A stretch of 63,228 nucleotides of DNA, filler included. It is 5 parts of 5 records of this genome, joined end to end, with 100 filler letters (N's around TTAATTAATTAA, not from the genome) between each part and the next. Parts side by side here need not be neighbours in the genome. Positions count along the whole stretch, not along the records: positions 1 to 21,824 come from DRR378314_2253; 4 more parts are not named here. One strand, 5' to 3'. This document shows positions 9,455 through 19,704 of the stretch, piece by piece. The notes under the pieces were generated by a model that did no database searches, had not been told where the DNA came from, and saw only the letters and a list, made by a program, of their open reading frames with translations. The position numbers were made by a program, and so were the translations under genes. How positions within the stretch are numbered: position 1 is the first letter of the stretch; every line of letters starts with the position of its first letter.

Positions 9455-10588
9455 TCAGCGAATGGTAGGGTGGGCATCGGTGTCGGGGCCGATCACACCC
9501 TCATGCCTCAAGGTTCGCAAGGCCTCGCTGGCAAACCATGTCTCGCCGGGGTCGGCCGGGGAGGGACGAGCGCGTTTCACCTCAAACCCGAAAGGCAAGC
9601 TCATGGTGGAAGGAGGGCCTTCCGGTACGATTTCATGATCGGCAAAGAGAGATGTTTGCTTCGGTTCCGGAGCCATGGCGGACAGCGCAAATCCAAATGC
9701 AACGACGGCGCCTGCCCACACATTCGATTTGAAGACTGGCAGCGCATCGCGTTCGCGGCTCGATTTGAGGCGCGCGGATTGCCAAGCGCCATGACCCAGG
9801 AAGATCAAGGCCGTTACCGCCCCGATGCGCCCGGCTTCGTTGAGCGCGGCAGCCAGAGCGATCAGCGCCGCAGCTCCCAGATGAAAACAGAAGCTGATCA
9901 GCACGGCGCGTTGACCGAACAAGCGTGCCGTGGACCGCACGCCTATCAGTGCGTCGTCCTCACGATCCTGAAGGGCGTAAATCGTGTCATAGGCGATTGT
10001 CCACAGGATCAGGCCCGCATACAGGATCAGGACGGGAAGGCTGATTGTGGAAGCGACGGCGGCGCCAACCAGCGCGCCCCAATTGAACGTCATGCCAAGC
10101 CAGGCTTGAGGCCACCACGTCACGCGCTTCATGAAAGGATAGGCGCCCACGAGCGGGATCGACAATAGCGCAACCAGTTTCGCGTCCAGCGGCAGGAAAA
10201 GCCAAACTAGCAGGCCGATCAGCAACTGCGCCGCCAGAAATATGTAAGCGTGCTTTAGTGTGACGGCGCCGGACGGCAGCGGCCTTAATGCCGTGCGACT
10301 GACGCTTGCGTCGATATCGCGGTCCGTAATGTCGTTCCAGGTGCATCCAGCTCCGCGCATGGCTACCGCGCCGAGCAGGAAAAGTGCGGCCCAAACCAGA
10401 TCGAACACGTAGACGCCGGTGATCAGCCTCTGAAAAGACAGACCGATGAGGCAGGGTATGTAGAGCAGCCAGATACCAACGGGCCGATCCCAGCGGGCGA
10501 GCATGGCATAGGGGCGCCATGCCTCAGGCAGGCTTGCCAGCCAGCCGGGCAGGGCGCTGTCAGCCGGTATCTTGCGCGCGTCGTTCAT
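9455..10588 (-). CDS. ubiA: 4-hydroxybenzoate polyprenyltransferase
   Basis: RWDRPVG, NDITDRDID..V.RT..RPLPSG, YPFMKR, YDTIYALQDREDD. Confidence 0.93.
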   Translation of the reverse strand: MNDARKIPADSALPGWLASLPEAWRPYAMLARWDRPVGIWLLYIPCLIGLSFQRLITGVYVFDLVWAALFLLGAVAMRGAGCTWNDITDRDIDASVSRTALRPLPSGAVTLKHAYIFLAAQLLIGLLVWLFLPLDAKLVALLSIPLVGAYPFMKRVTWWPQAWLGMTFNWGALVGAAVASTISLPVLILYAGLILWTIAYDTIYALQDREDDALIGVRSTARLFGQRAVLISFCFHLGAAALIALAAALNEAGRIGAVTALIFLGHGAWQSARLKSSRERDALPVFKSNVWAGAVVAFGFALSAMAPEPKQTSLFADHEIVPEGPPSTMSLPFGFEVKRARPSPADPGETWFASEALRTLRHEGVIGPDTDAHPTIR

Positions 10589-10687
10589 CGCCGGGGCTTA
10601 TACCGAATTTCTGCGTTTCCAACAGCCGCGCACACCTATTGGGTGAACTCTGTCGGTAAACGCAGCGTGTGCGGATGCCAGAAAACG

Positions 10688-12061
10688 CTAGGCGAAATAT
10701 ACGGTTTTACGGTTAACGAAGGCCTTGATCCCATCGGCTGCCAGCTCGCGACCATAGCCGGACTGCTTGATTCCGCCGAACGGCAGGCGCGGATCAGACG
10801 CAACCATGGCATTCACGAAGGTTGCTCCGGCTTCTAGCTCGTTGATGGCCTGGTCCATTTCTGACTGGTCTTGAGTGAAGATCACAGAACCGAGGCCGAA
10901 GACCGAATCATTTGCGCGGGCAATCGCTTCGTCGAGGCTTTCGATTTTCCACAGGTTTGCCACGGGTCCGAACATTTCTTCGTCTGCTGAAGGGCTTCCT
11001 TTTGGCGCACCACTGACGATGCAGGGATCAAACCAGTTACCCTCGTCCGGCAGCGTGTTACCCGGTTTGAAGACCGACGCGCCAGCAGCAACCGATTTCT
11101 CGACTTGCTCCACGAGTTCGTCGCGAATGGATGCGGTTGCGATTGGTCCGATATTGGTGGCCTCGTCCATAGGGTCGCCAACCTTCAGCGATTTGAAGCG
11201 GGCCTCGAAGCCAGCCTTGAATGCGTCGTAGACGTCTGCGTGAACAAAGAATCGTTTGGCAGCGATACAGGACTGACCATTATTCTGGGTGCGAGCTGTC
11301 AGTGCGGTGTCTAGGGCTTTCTCAAGATCGGCGGATGGCATCACGATAAAGGCGTCGGATCCGCCGAGTTCCAGAAGGGATGGCTTGATCTGGGAGCCAG
11401 CCGTGGCAGCAACAGCGCCGCCAGCCGGACCAGAACCAGTCAGTGAGACCGCTCTGACGCGCTCATCCTTGATAACGCTCTCGACGTGTTTTGAACCAAT
11501 CAAGAGAGTCTTGAACGCACCTTCCGGGAAGCCCGCTTCAGTGAAGACTTCTTCGATATTCAGCGCGGACCGGAACACATTCGAGGCGTGCTTCAACAGG
11601 CCCGTATTCCCAGCCATCAGGATTGGCGCTGCAAAGCGAAAAACCTGCCAGAAGGGATAATTCCACGGCATGACGGCAAGCAGCACGCCCAGTGGGAGAT
11701 GGCGAACATAGGCCTTGCTGCCATTACTCTCCATGATCTCGTCGGCAAGGTAGCCTTCGGCCTGTTCGGCATAATGGCGGCAGACCCACGCGCATTTATT
11801 GACTTCAGCTTTTGCCTGGGTGAGCGGCTTGCCCATTTCAGCGGTCATGTCCGCAGCAAAACGATCAGCATTGGCTTCGAGCACATCCGCCGCCTTCATC
11901 AGGAGTTTTGCGCGATGCTCGAAGCTGGTCTTGCGCCAGTCGGTAAAGCAGGCTTCCGACTGGTTGATGATCGCTGTCACTTCTGCGGGGGTGTGGGGTG
12001 TAAATTCCTCAATGACTGTGCCATTCGCCGGATTTACGGATTTGATTGTTTGGTCAGTCAT
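10688..12061 (-). CDS. NAD(P)-dependent aldehyde dehydrogenase (Sad/GabD succinate-semialdehyde type)
   Basis: MPWNYPFWQ, LKHAS, TGS, LELGGSD, NNGQSCIA, EEMFGP, PFGGIKQSGYGRE; ATG at 12061 with GAGGTG RBS. Confidence 0.92.
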   Translation of the reverse strand: MTDQTIKSVNPANGTVIEEFTPHTPAEVTAIINQSEACFTDWRKTSFEHRAKLLMKAADVLEANADRFAADMTAEMGKPLTQAKAEVNKCAWVCRHYAEQAEGYLADEIMESNGSKAYVRHLPLGVLLAVMPWNYPFWQVFRFAAPILMAGNTGLLKHASNVFRSALNIEEVFTEAGFPEGAFKTLLIGSKHVESVIKDERVRAVSLTGSGPAGGAVAATAGSQIKPSLLELGGSDAFIVMPSADLEKALDTALTARTQNNGQSCIAAKRFFVHADVYDAFKAGFEARFKSLKVGDPMDEATNIGPIATASIRDELVEQVEKSVAAGASVFKPGNTLPDEGNWFDPCIVSGAPKGSPSADEEMFGPVANLWKIESLDEAIARANDSVFGLGSVIFTQDQSEMDQAINELEAGATFVNAMVASDPRLPFGGIKQSGYGRELAADGIKAFVNRKTVYFA

Positions 12062-12108
12062 GTTCACCTCTTGCTGATTTCACTTTTGCTGAAAGGTATA
12101 TCACCCGA

Positions 12109-12879
12109 ATGAGTTCCATCCCGCGACTGTTCGTACCGTCAGCTTTGTCCATTTCTGTACCTGTTCGCTTAGACGCTGAGGCCTCAAGATATATCATTAG
12201 AGTTATGCGTTTATCGATAGGTGACCGCGTGCGCGTCTTTAATGGGGCCGACGGAGAGTGGGCGTGCGAGCTTGTGGAGCCTGACGGCAAGACTGCGATC
12301 ATTGTGCCGATTGAGCAAATCCGTGCTCAGCGAACCACCGATTGTCCTGAACTCACTTTGATGTTTGCGCCCGTGAAGAAGTCGGAAACGGACTTTATTG
12401 TTGAAAAGGCGACAGAGTTGGGGGTTCGGCGGATTCAGCCTGTCACGACCCAGTTCACTCAGACCCGAACGGTGCGACTGGACCGGTTCAACAAGATAGC
12501 TTTGGAAGCGGCGGAACAAACTGAGCGGCTTGATCTGCCTGAGATTTCGGATCTGGTCTCTCTCGATGCCGCATTGTCCGCCCTGCCTGATGAGACCGTC
12601 TTGATCTTCTGTGATGAAGCCGGTGAGGACGATTCAAAGCCTTGGGGCGGAGAACAGGGTCGGGCTCGCGCCGCGCTCCCAGCACTTGGCGATTTCAAGG
12701 CCCGTGACGCGGCCATTCTCATAGGCCCGGAAGGCGGCTTCAGCCCGGATGAACGACAATTCCTTCGCTCTCGCGCAGGTACAGTGCCGATCAGTCTGGG
12801 ACCGCGAATCTTGCGAGCTGAAACGGCCGTCGTTGCCGCACTGAGCCTTTGGCAAGCGGTGTGTGGGGACTGGATCTAG
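12109..12879 (+). CDS. rsmE: 16S rRNA m3U1498 methyltransferase
   Basis: VEKATELGV, EAAEQ, IGPEGGF, SLGPRILRAETA; start moved to ATG 12109. Confidence 0.95.
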   Translation: MSSIPRLFVPSALSISVPVRLDAEASRYIIRVMRLSIGDRVRVFNGADGEWACELVEPDGKTAIIVPIEQIRAQRTTDCPELTLMFAPVKKSETDFIVEKATELGVRRIQPVTTQFTQTRTVRLDRFNKIALEAAEQTERLDLPEISDLVSLDAALSALPDETVLIFCDEAGEDDSKPWGGEQGRARAALPALGDFKARDAAILIGPEGGFSPDERQFLRSRAGTVPISLGPRILRAETAVVAALSLWQAVCGDWI

Positions 12880-13508
12880 AAAGGCCAGCGTTTCAGCGGC
12901 TGAGGGACAGGCCCTTCCCACCGGCGCTGCCAGGCCAGCGATACGCCAATCCGGTGTTCCAGCTTTCCGTCCCAGTGAACTTTCAGGCCAACGGATTTGA
13001 GCGTGTCCACAATCTCCTGACCAACTTCAAGGATCACACCATCGGCGGTGTTGCGAGACGCGCCATAGCTCAAATAGAGATGACCGGTTTCGATAGCGCT
13101 TTCGGTGTCTTGCTGGTGAAAGAACACGTAGCCCCGTGCCGGTCTGCCATACGCTTCGAATTCTTCGATCTCGATCCCGATTTCGGTTGCGCCACAAGAG
13201 CCGCAACACGTGAAGTTCTGGCGTGCGACAATGTCCTTGTCTTCCAGCATGTCGAAAGCCAGTTCGAGCCTGTCGAAGTCCGTGAGGACTGACCACTCAG
13301 CCTGTTCGCTGCGAAGGGCCTCGATTTCCTGAATCACCGCAGACCGGATTTCGGACTGGCGATCACGCTCTGAAATTCTCGAGTCGAATTCTTCTGTCAG
13401 GTCGAGCAGGATATCTTCAATTTCGTCGATCGGCTCATAGCCTCCACGCACATGAATTCGCGCCCAGACTTTGAGGTCGTCGCGCTCTGCTGTCGTAAAT
13501 CGCGTCAT
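12876..13508 (-). CDS. Conserved hypothetical protein (DUF6891-like)
   Basis: TDFDRLE.AF..L...I.ARQNFTCCGSCG, GYVFFHQQDTE, V.WDG motifs. Confidence 0.65.
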   Translation of the reverse strand: MTRFTTAERDDLKVWARIHVRGGYEPIDEIEDILLDLTEEFDSRISERDRQSEIRSAVIQEIEALRSEQAEWSVLTDFDRLELAFDMLEDKDIVARQNFTCCGSCGATEIGIEIEEFEAYGRPARGYVFFHQQDTESAIETGHLYLSYGASRNTADGVILEVGQEIVDTLKSVGLKVHWDGKLEHRIGVSLAWQRRWEGPVPQPLKRWPF

Positions 13509-13616
13509 TGCTTTCACCTGCAGTAATAAACGAACTTGTGAGAATAACCCGGTTGGCGCTTCAGAGAAACATCCCTATGTGCACACAGATCAAGAGATTG
13601 AGGGGAGGCCTCCAAA

Positions 13617-14996
13617 GTGACCACGCCGACGTCGGATATCGACGAAAACTCCCGCCGTATCTCGGATAAGTCAGAGCTGATCGAATATTTCGAGGCCGGC
13701 AACAAGCCTCGTTCGGAATGGCGTGTCGGGACTGAGCACGAAAAATTCGGCTTCATTCGCGATGGATTGCGCCCGCTGCCTTATGAGGGTGAAGCGTCGG
13801 TACTGTCGATTTTGGAAGGCTTGCGCGACAAGTTCAGTTGGGAGCCAATTTCCGAAAGTGGAAAGCTGATCGGCCTCAAAAAGGATGGAGCCAGCGTATC
13901 TCTGGAGCCGGGCGGCCAGTTTGAGCTGTCCGGCGCGCCGCTTCGCACGATGCACGAAACCTGCAATGAAGTGGGCAGCCATCTGCGCGAAGTGCAGGAA
14001 ATTGCCGATCCCCTGGGGGTGGCCTTCATGGGGCTGGGTGCCAGCCCGATCTGGACCATGGCGGAGACGCCGATCATGCCCAAGGGTCGCTACAAGATCA
14101 TGATGGAGTATATGGACAAGGTCGGGCGGCTGGGCCGCCAGATGATGTTCAGAACCTGTACTGTCCAATCCAATCTCGATTTCGAATCCGAAGCCGACAT
14201 GGTGAAGAAGTTCCGCGTGTCGCTGGCGCTGCAGCCGCTGGGCACGGCGCTGTTTGCCAATTCGCCCTTTATTGACGGGCGTCCGAATGGGTTCCTCTCT
14301 TATCGCTCGCAGATCTGGACCGATACGGACCCTGACCGGACGGGCATGTTGCCCTTCGTGTTCGAGGATGGCTTTGGTTTTGAGCGTTATGTCGATTACG
14401 CACTGGATGTGCCGATGTATTTCGTGCGTCGCGGCGGGAAATATCTCGACGCCAGCGGCCTGTCGTTCCGTGACTTCCTTGACGGCAAACTGCCGATCCT
14501 GCCGGGCGAGAAACCGGCCATGGACGATTTCGCTGACCATCTGTCGACGATTTTCCCGGAAGTGCGACTGAAGCAATTCCTGGAGATGCGCGGCTCCGAT
14601 GGCGGGCCGTGGAGCCATTTGTGTGCATTCTCCGCCTTCTGGACCGGGCTGCTGTATTGTTCAGACAGTCTCGAAGCGTGCTGGGATCTGGTGAAGGATT
14701 GGACAGCGGCAGAGCGTGAAGGGATGCGCCAGGGCGTCCGTACGCTGGGCCTCAAAACACCTGTGCCGGGTGGCCGGTCCATGCAGGATCTTGCCGTCGA
14801 CGTATTGGATATTGCGCGCGCGGGCCTGAAGCGCCGGGCGAACCTGTCAGTATCTGGTGATGACGAAACGGGCTATTTGTCTGAACTTGACCAAATCGCA
14901 CGATCCGGGTTCACCCCGGCCGAGCGGCTTCTTGAGAAGTATCATGGTGAGTGGCAGCGCGATCTAAGTCACATTTTTGCTGATCAGGCCTATTAG
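13617..14996 (+). CDS. gshA: Glutamate--cysteine ligase (alphaproteobacterial/plant type)
   Basis: WRVGTEHEKF, SLEPGGQFELSG, MPKGRY, FANSPF, HLSTIFPEVRLK.FLEMRG.D. Confidence 0.96.
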   Translation: MTTPTSDIDENSRRISDKSELIEYFEAGNKPRSEWRVGTEHEKFGFIRDGLRPLPYEGEASVLSILEGLRDKFSWEPISESGKLIGLKKDGASVSLEPGGQFELSGAPLRTMHETCNEVGSHLREVQEIADPLGVAFMGLGASPIWTMAETPIMPKGRYKIMMEYMDKVGRLGRQMMFRTCTVQSNLDFESEADMVKKFRVSLALQPLGTALFANSPFIDGRPNGFLSYRSQIWTDTDPDRTGMLPFVFEDGFGFERYVDYALDVPMYFVRRGGKYLDASGLSFRDFLDGKLPILPGEKPAMDDFADHLSTIFPEVRLKQFLEMRGSDGGPWSHLCAFSAFWTGLLYCSDSLEACWDLVKDWTAAEREGMRQGVRTLGLKTPVPGGRSMQDLAVDVLDIARAGLKRRANLSVSGDDETGYLSELDQIARSGFTPAERLLEKYHGEWQRDLSHIFADQAY

Positions 14997-15107
14997 GGGC
15001 AAGAAACGCCCTTTGTCCGGCGTTGGATTTGGCACAAGCTGCCTTGAGACAATTGCGTTTGCGTGATCAAAGTACCGGTTCGTAAGAATTTCCGGGGAGT
15101 TGAACGC

Positions 15108-16907
15108 GTGACGGACATCACTGCGACGGGTGAAGCGGGCAAGCCTCGCGATACCTCATTTTTTGGTCATCCAAAGGGACTGGCCATCCTGTTCTTTACA
15201 GAGATGTGGGAGCGCTTTTCCTATTACGGGATGCGCGGCCTGCTGGTGCTTTATCTGACCCAGCATTTCCTGTTCTCTGACGAGAAATCATCCATCATGT
15301 ACGGCGCCTACACGGCGCTTGTTTACGTCATGACCATTATCGGCGGCACGCTGGCCGACCGGTATCTGGGCCAGCGCAAGGCCGTCACTTTCGGGGCGAT
15401 CCTGCTCTGCCTCGGCCATTTCGGTATGGCCTTTGAGGGCTCCGGCTCGAAAGAATATGTCGTCTCAAATGGGACCGAGATCGAAATCCTGCATGAAGGT
15501 CGCGGTGACAATCGCCAGCTCTTCGTCGACCTGGACGGCGAAACCCGACGCGTCGTGTTCGAGCAAGGCTCAGGTGATCTCCAGATCCTCGAGAGCGCGG
15601 ACGATGCAGACGAGCCAACTGCGCCCGTCTATCAGGAGTTCGCCAAGGGTGAGTACACCACCCGCGTGGAACAGCAGGAGCTCTATACCAACATCCTGTT
15701 CCTCTCGCTCGCCTTCATCATTGCTGGTGTTGGTTATCTGAAGGCCAACATCTCGACCATTGTCGGCGCGATCTATGAGTTTGACGACCCTCGCCGGGAT
15801 TCAGGCTTCAGCCTGTTCTATATGGGCATCAATCTTGGCTCGCTCTTGTCCTCGCTGACCTGCGGTATCATCGGTATCGTATGGGGTTGGAAATACGGGT
15901 TTGGCCTGGCAGGCATCGGCATGTTTGCGGGCCTTGCGGTGTTCCTGTGGGGACAGAAATTCCTGGAAGGAAAGGCTGAGCCGCCAAATCCGGAAACGCT
16001 GAAGAAATCCTTCCTCGGCCCAATCAATGTTGAAATGGCCTGCTATCTGGCTGGCGCGCTTGTCATCGCTGTGGCCATGTTGCTCGTGATGAACGCGGAA
16101 GTCATTCCAGACTGGTTCGTCGGGTCCCTCGGCATCGCCATCTTTATCGGCCTTGTCGGATATGCCTTTGTCAAACTTCAGGGAACAGAGCGTAATCGGA
16201 TGTTCGCGGCGATCTATTTCGTGCTCGCGCAAATCCCGTTCTGGGCGCTGTTCGAACAGGCTGGCTCGTCGCTGACCCTGTTCACAGACCGTCTGGTCGA
16301 CAAGGAAATGTTCGGTATGAACGTGCCGACGCCGGTCTTCCAGTTCTTGAATGCGGGCTACATTGTCATATTCGCCCCGATCTTTGCCTGGATGTGGATT
16401 GCCCTGTCCAAGCGGAAAATGGAACCATCGACGCCTGTGAAGTTCGCCATCGGCGTCTTCCTGGCAGGGCTTGGCTTCCTATCGCTTGTGGGGGGCATTG
16501 GCATGTCCGGCGCGGGCATGACAGCGGTTGGCTTCATCTTCCTGATCTACTGGGTGCACACGATGGGCGAACTGATGGTGTCGCCAGTCGGCCTGTCGGC
16601 GGTGACCAAGCTTGCCCCGGCCCGCGTGGTTGGGATGACAATGGGCGCTTGGTTCCTTTACTCCGGCTTGTCCAACTATCTGGCGGGCGTGATTGCCCGC
16701 ACAACCGGCGCGGAAACAATCGGCGGTCAGATCACGGACGTTGCGGCTGCGAAAGCCACCTATGTCAGCGTGTATTCAAATGTTGGCTACGTCGCCATGG
16801 GTATCGGTGTCCTGATGCTGATCATCTCACCAATCATCAAGCACTGGATGAAGGGAAGCGATGAGCTGCCCCCGGAATCCTCGATGGTGTCAGACGAGAT
16901 GTTCTGA
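15108..16907 (+). CDS. POT/PTR family proton-coupled oligopeptide transporter
   Basis: GHPKGL, EMWERFSYYGMR, FYMGINLG, GELMVSPVGLS; GTG start after GGGGAG. Confidence 0.94.
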   Translation: MTDITATGEAGKPRDTSFFGHPKGLAILFFTEMWERFSYYGMRGLLVLYLTQHFLFSDEKSSIMYGAYTALVYVMTIIGGTLADRYLGQRKAVTFGAILLCLGHFGMAFEGSGSKEYVVSNGTEIEILHEGRGDNRQLFVDLDGETRRVVFEQGSGDLQILESADDADEPTAPVYQEFAKGEYTTRVEQQELYTNILFLSLAFIIAGVGYLKANISTIVGAIYEFDDPRRDSGFSLFYMGINLGSLLSSLTCGIIGIVWGWKYGFGLAGIGMFAGLAVFLWGQKFLEGKAEPPNPETLKKSFLGPINVEMACYLAGALVIAVAMLLVMNAEVIPDWFVGSLGIAIFIGLVGYAFVKLQGTERNRMFAAIYFVLAQIPFWALFEQAGSSLTLFTDRLVDKEMFGMNVPTPVFQFLNAGYIVIFAPIFAWMWIALSKRKMEPSTPVKFAIGVFLAGLGFLSLVGGIGMSGAGMTAVGFIFLIYWVHTMGELMVSPVGLSAVTKLAPARVVGMTMGAWFLYSGLSNYLAGVIARTTGAETIGGQITDVAAAKATYVSVYSNVGYVAMGIGVLMLIISPIIKHWMKGSDELPPESSMVSDEMF

Positions 16908-16930
16908 TCTCCGATCAAATCGAAACTAAG

Positions 16931-16958
16931 AAAGGCGGCTCCTGGGGGCCGCCTTTTT
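16931..16958. terminator. Intrinsic terminator between convergent genes
   Basis: AAAGGCGGC-loop-GCCGCCTTTTT. Confidence 0.75.
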
Positions 16959-16977
16959 CGAGTCTGGATGTGTGCGT

Positions 16978-17418
16978 TCAATAGTCCGGTGGCAGAAACT
17001 GGTCGGTTGGCAAACCGCGCTTTATCCAGCCGTCGCCAACGCCTTCCAAACCAACCATGCCCTCAGCGATCTCATAAATTTCGGCGAAGCCTGCAGCCTC
17101 GAGGCGCGCTGCTGCTTCGGTGGAGCGATTCCCCGCCCGGCAGATCACTGCGATTGGATATTCAAGATCGCCCAAGACCGCGCCGCGGGCCTGAGCAAGA
17201 AAATCAACGTCCTGCAAATTCGCTCCGACACTGTCACGCGGCATTCCGGTCATGGCCCATTCGGAGGGGGTACGCACATCCAGCAGGATCAATTCGCCGC
17301 GTTGGACCAGTGTGTGCGCAGAGTCGGCAGACAAGGTCTGGATGTCCGCTGATGCAGGTAAGACAGCGCTGACGACAATCGCCGTTGCAGCGATGAGGGG
17401 CGATAGAAAACGGACCAT
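16978..17418 (-). CDS. Exported single-domain rhodanese-like protein
   Basis: Signal peptide, LLDVRTPSEW, active-site loop ICRAGNRS. Confidence 0.85.
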   Translation of the reverse strand: MVRFLSPLIAATAIVVSAVLPASADIQTLSADSAHTLVQRGELILLDVRTPSEWAMTGMPRDSVGANLQDVDFLAQARGAVLGDLEYPIAVICRAGNRSTEAAARLEAAGFAEIYEIAEGMVGLEGVGDGWIKRGLPTDQFLPPDY

Positions 17419-17528
17419 GAGAACACTCAACTTGAATAATGCCGCAATGAGTCGATGACCAATTGCGGCAACAAAGTGTCAAAGTGAGTGGTCCGCCGCA
17501 ACCCTGGTTCCCCAAGGTGACAGCAAAT

Positions 17529-18932
17529 TTAGCCAGCGCCGCCTACAGTCAGCGCACCAACTTTGAGAGTTGGCTGGCCAACGCCCACCGGCACAGATTG
17601 ACCGGCCTTGCCGCACACACCTACACCGTCATCCATCGCGAAGTCGTTTCCGATCATGGTCACATCTTGCAGCACGGTAGGGCCGTGGCCGATCAGGGTG
17701 GCGTTCTTTACGGGAGCAACGACTTTGCCGTTCTCCACCAGATAGGCCTCGGTGCACTGGAACACGAAATTGCCAGATGTGATGTCGACTTGCCCGCCAC
17801 CGAAATCCACCGCCCACAGCCCACGCTTGATCGATCCAACGATTTCGTCGGGATCCTTGTCGCCGCCCAGCATGACCGTGTTGGTCATCCGGGGCATTGT
17901 GGCGGCTTCATAGCTTTCCCGGCGGCCATTGCCGGTCGGGGCCTGGCCCATCAGACGTGCGTTCATGCGGTCCTGCATGTAGCCTTTCAGAATGCCGTCT
18001 TTGATCAGCACGGTGCGCTGCGTCGGCGTGCCTTCGTCGTCAAAGGAGAGCGAGCCGCGGCGACGCTCGATGCTGCCATCGTCTATGACGGTCACACCTT
18101 TCGCGGCGACCTGTTCTCCGATTCGGCCAGCATAAACACTTGTGCCCTTGCGGTTGAAGTCGCCTTCAAGCCCATGCCCGACCGCCTCGTGCAGTAGGAC
18201 GGCAGGCCAGCCAGGCCCGAGGACGACTTCCATCTGGCCGGCTGGGGTGGGGATGGACTGAAGATTTACCGAAGCCTTCTTCACGGCGCGCTTCACCATT
18301 GCCTGCCAGCGATCCGGTTGGATCCAGTCTTCATAGGCTGCGCGCCCGCCTGCTCCAGCACCAGCCGATTCGCGTCGGCCATTCTCTTCCAGCGTGACCG
18401 AAACATTCAGCCGAACAAGAGGACGAACTTCTGAAAAGACCGCGCCGTCCGGCCGGACGATATCCACTTCCTTGTGGCTGCCGGCCAGCGATACGGAAAC
18501 TTGCACCACGCGGGGGTCGAAGGCGCGCGCCCAGGCATCGATCTCGGCCAGCAGCCCGGTTTTCATGGTGAAATCGGGTGCAGACGTAGGATCAATTGGC
18601 TCATACAGGCGACGATTGGTTGGGGTCGGCCCCGTTGCGAGATGGCCTGAATAGCCGCGCTTTGCTTGAGCAGCTGTTTCCGCCGCTCTCTGAATGGCTT
18701 CAAGCGAAAGTTCGGATGCATAGCCGGAGCCAGTTGTTTCACCGGCGACAACCCGCAGGCCAAATCCCTGATCGGTGTCGAATGCTGCCGATTTCAAACG
18801 TCCATCGTCAAACACAAAGCTCTCCGAGCGCGAGCGTTCGACGAAGAGGTCGCCGTCATCCGCGCCCTTGGCGGCGTTGGACAGGATTTCAGATGCTTTG
18901 GTCAGATCGAAGGGAAGGGAGGTCTGTGTCAT
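17529..18932 (-). CDS. tldD: TldD metalloprotease
   Basis: LLHEAVGHGLEGDFNRKG, DDEG, TGNGRRESY, PRMTNT, CGKAGQSVPVGVGQPT. Confidence 0.96.
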   Translation of the reverse strand: MTQTSLPFDLTKASEILSNAAKGADDGDLFVERSRSESFVFDDGRLKSAAFDTDQGFGLRVVAGETTGSGYASELSLEAIQRAAETAAQAKRGYSGHLATGPTPTNRRLYEPIDPTSAPDFTMKTGLLAEIDAWARAFDPRVVQVSVSLAGSHKEVDIVRPDGAVFSEVRPLVRLNVSVTLEENGRRESAGAGAGGRAAYEDWIQPDRWQAMVKRAVKKASVNLQSIPTPAGQMEVVLGPGWPAVLLHEAVGHGLEGDFNRKGTSVYAGRIGEQVAAKGVTVIDDGSIERRRGSLSFDDEGTPTQRTVLIKDGILKGYMQDRMNARLMGQAPTGNGRRESYEAATMPRMTNTVMLGGDKDPDEIVGSIKRGLWAVDFGGGQVDITSGNFVFQCTEAYLVENGKVVAPVKNATLIGHGPTVLQDVTMIGNDFAMDDGVGVCGKAGQSVPVGVGQPTLKVGALTVGGAG

Positions 18933-18984
18933 CCAGAATAGATGCGCGACACCCTGCCGACCCGCAAGGGCGCAGGCGCAGAAA

Positions 18985-19539
18985 TCAGTTGGTTGTGACT
19001 TCGAACCGCGAAAGCTGCCATTGCGCCAGCTCCCAATCCGGCTTCAGTTCCAACGCGGTCTTGAAGTCGAAATAAGCGCCTTCGATATCCGCCAGCTTTT
19101 CCTTTGCCAGCGCGCGATTGTAATAGGCGGCATACAAGTCACTTGAATCGAGTGCGATGGCCTTGTCCAGCGAAGCAAGCGCGCTTGAATAGTCTTCAAG
19201 GAAGATAAATACTGCGCCTTCATTCAGGTAGGTTTCTCCTGTTTCGGGGCGTATCTTCTTGGCTTTCTCGTAGTCGGACAGGGCTTTCTGATAGAGGCCC
19301 GCCCGCATGTGCAGTACGCCGCGATTCGTATAGGTTGCGGCGCGATTGCTGGGGTTCATGGCCTCGTGTTCAACGGCGCGTGTGCAGGTTTCTGCACCTT
19401 CCCGCGGTGAAACCGTCTCGAATTTTGCCGCTTCATAACAGTCCTTGGCAATTCCGCCGCCCAGAACAACGACCTGAGCAAGGGCAGGGCTGGCTCCAAA
19501 TCCAAGAAGGAGGGCTGCAGCACATATGGCGTTTCTCAT
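18985..19539 (-). CDS. Exported TPR-repeat protein
   Basis: Signal peptide then TPR-like helices (ATYTNRGVL, YLNEGA, AYYNRALA). Confidence 0.8.
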   Translation of the reverse strand: MRNAICAAALLLGFGASPALAQVVVLGGGIAKDCYEAAKFETVSPREGAETCTRAVEHEAMNPSNRAATYTNRGVLHMRAGLYQKALSDYEKAKKIRPETGETYLNEGAVFIFLEDYSSALASLDKAIALDSSDLYAAYYNRALAKEKLADIEGAYFDFKTALELKPDWELAQWQLSRFEVTTN

Positions 19540-19704
19540 CTGGTCGACCTTTCTCTTCAATGTCCGGGCGTGTGGCTAAAAGTACCACAGATGCCGTCTG
19601 GCGGCGACAACCTGCGACAATATTGAGCGCGTAAAGTGGTAGGTTGCGGCTAGTACGTATTGTAGATAGAGGAGCAGAGATTCCAATGAGACGAGGATAA
19701 CTTC

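Noticed and set aside
13671-14618. 315-aa antisense ORF over gshA
   Set aside because: Shadow ORF from GC-rich codon bias; no motifs.
17529-18932. TldD as evidence for a microcin/RiPP cluster
   Set aside because: tldD upstream of the cox operon is a common alphaproteobacterial arrangement; no YcaO or precursor gene is present.
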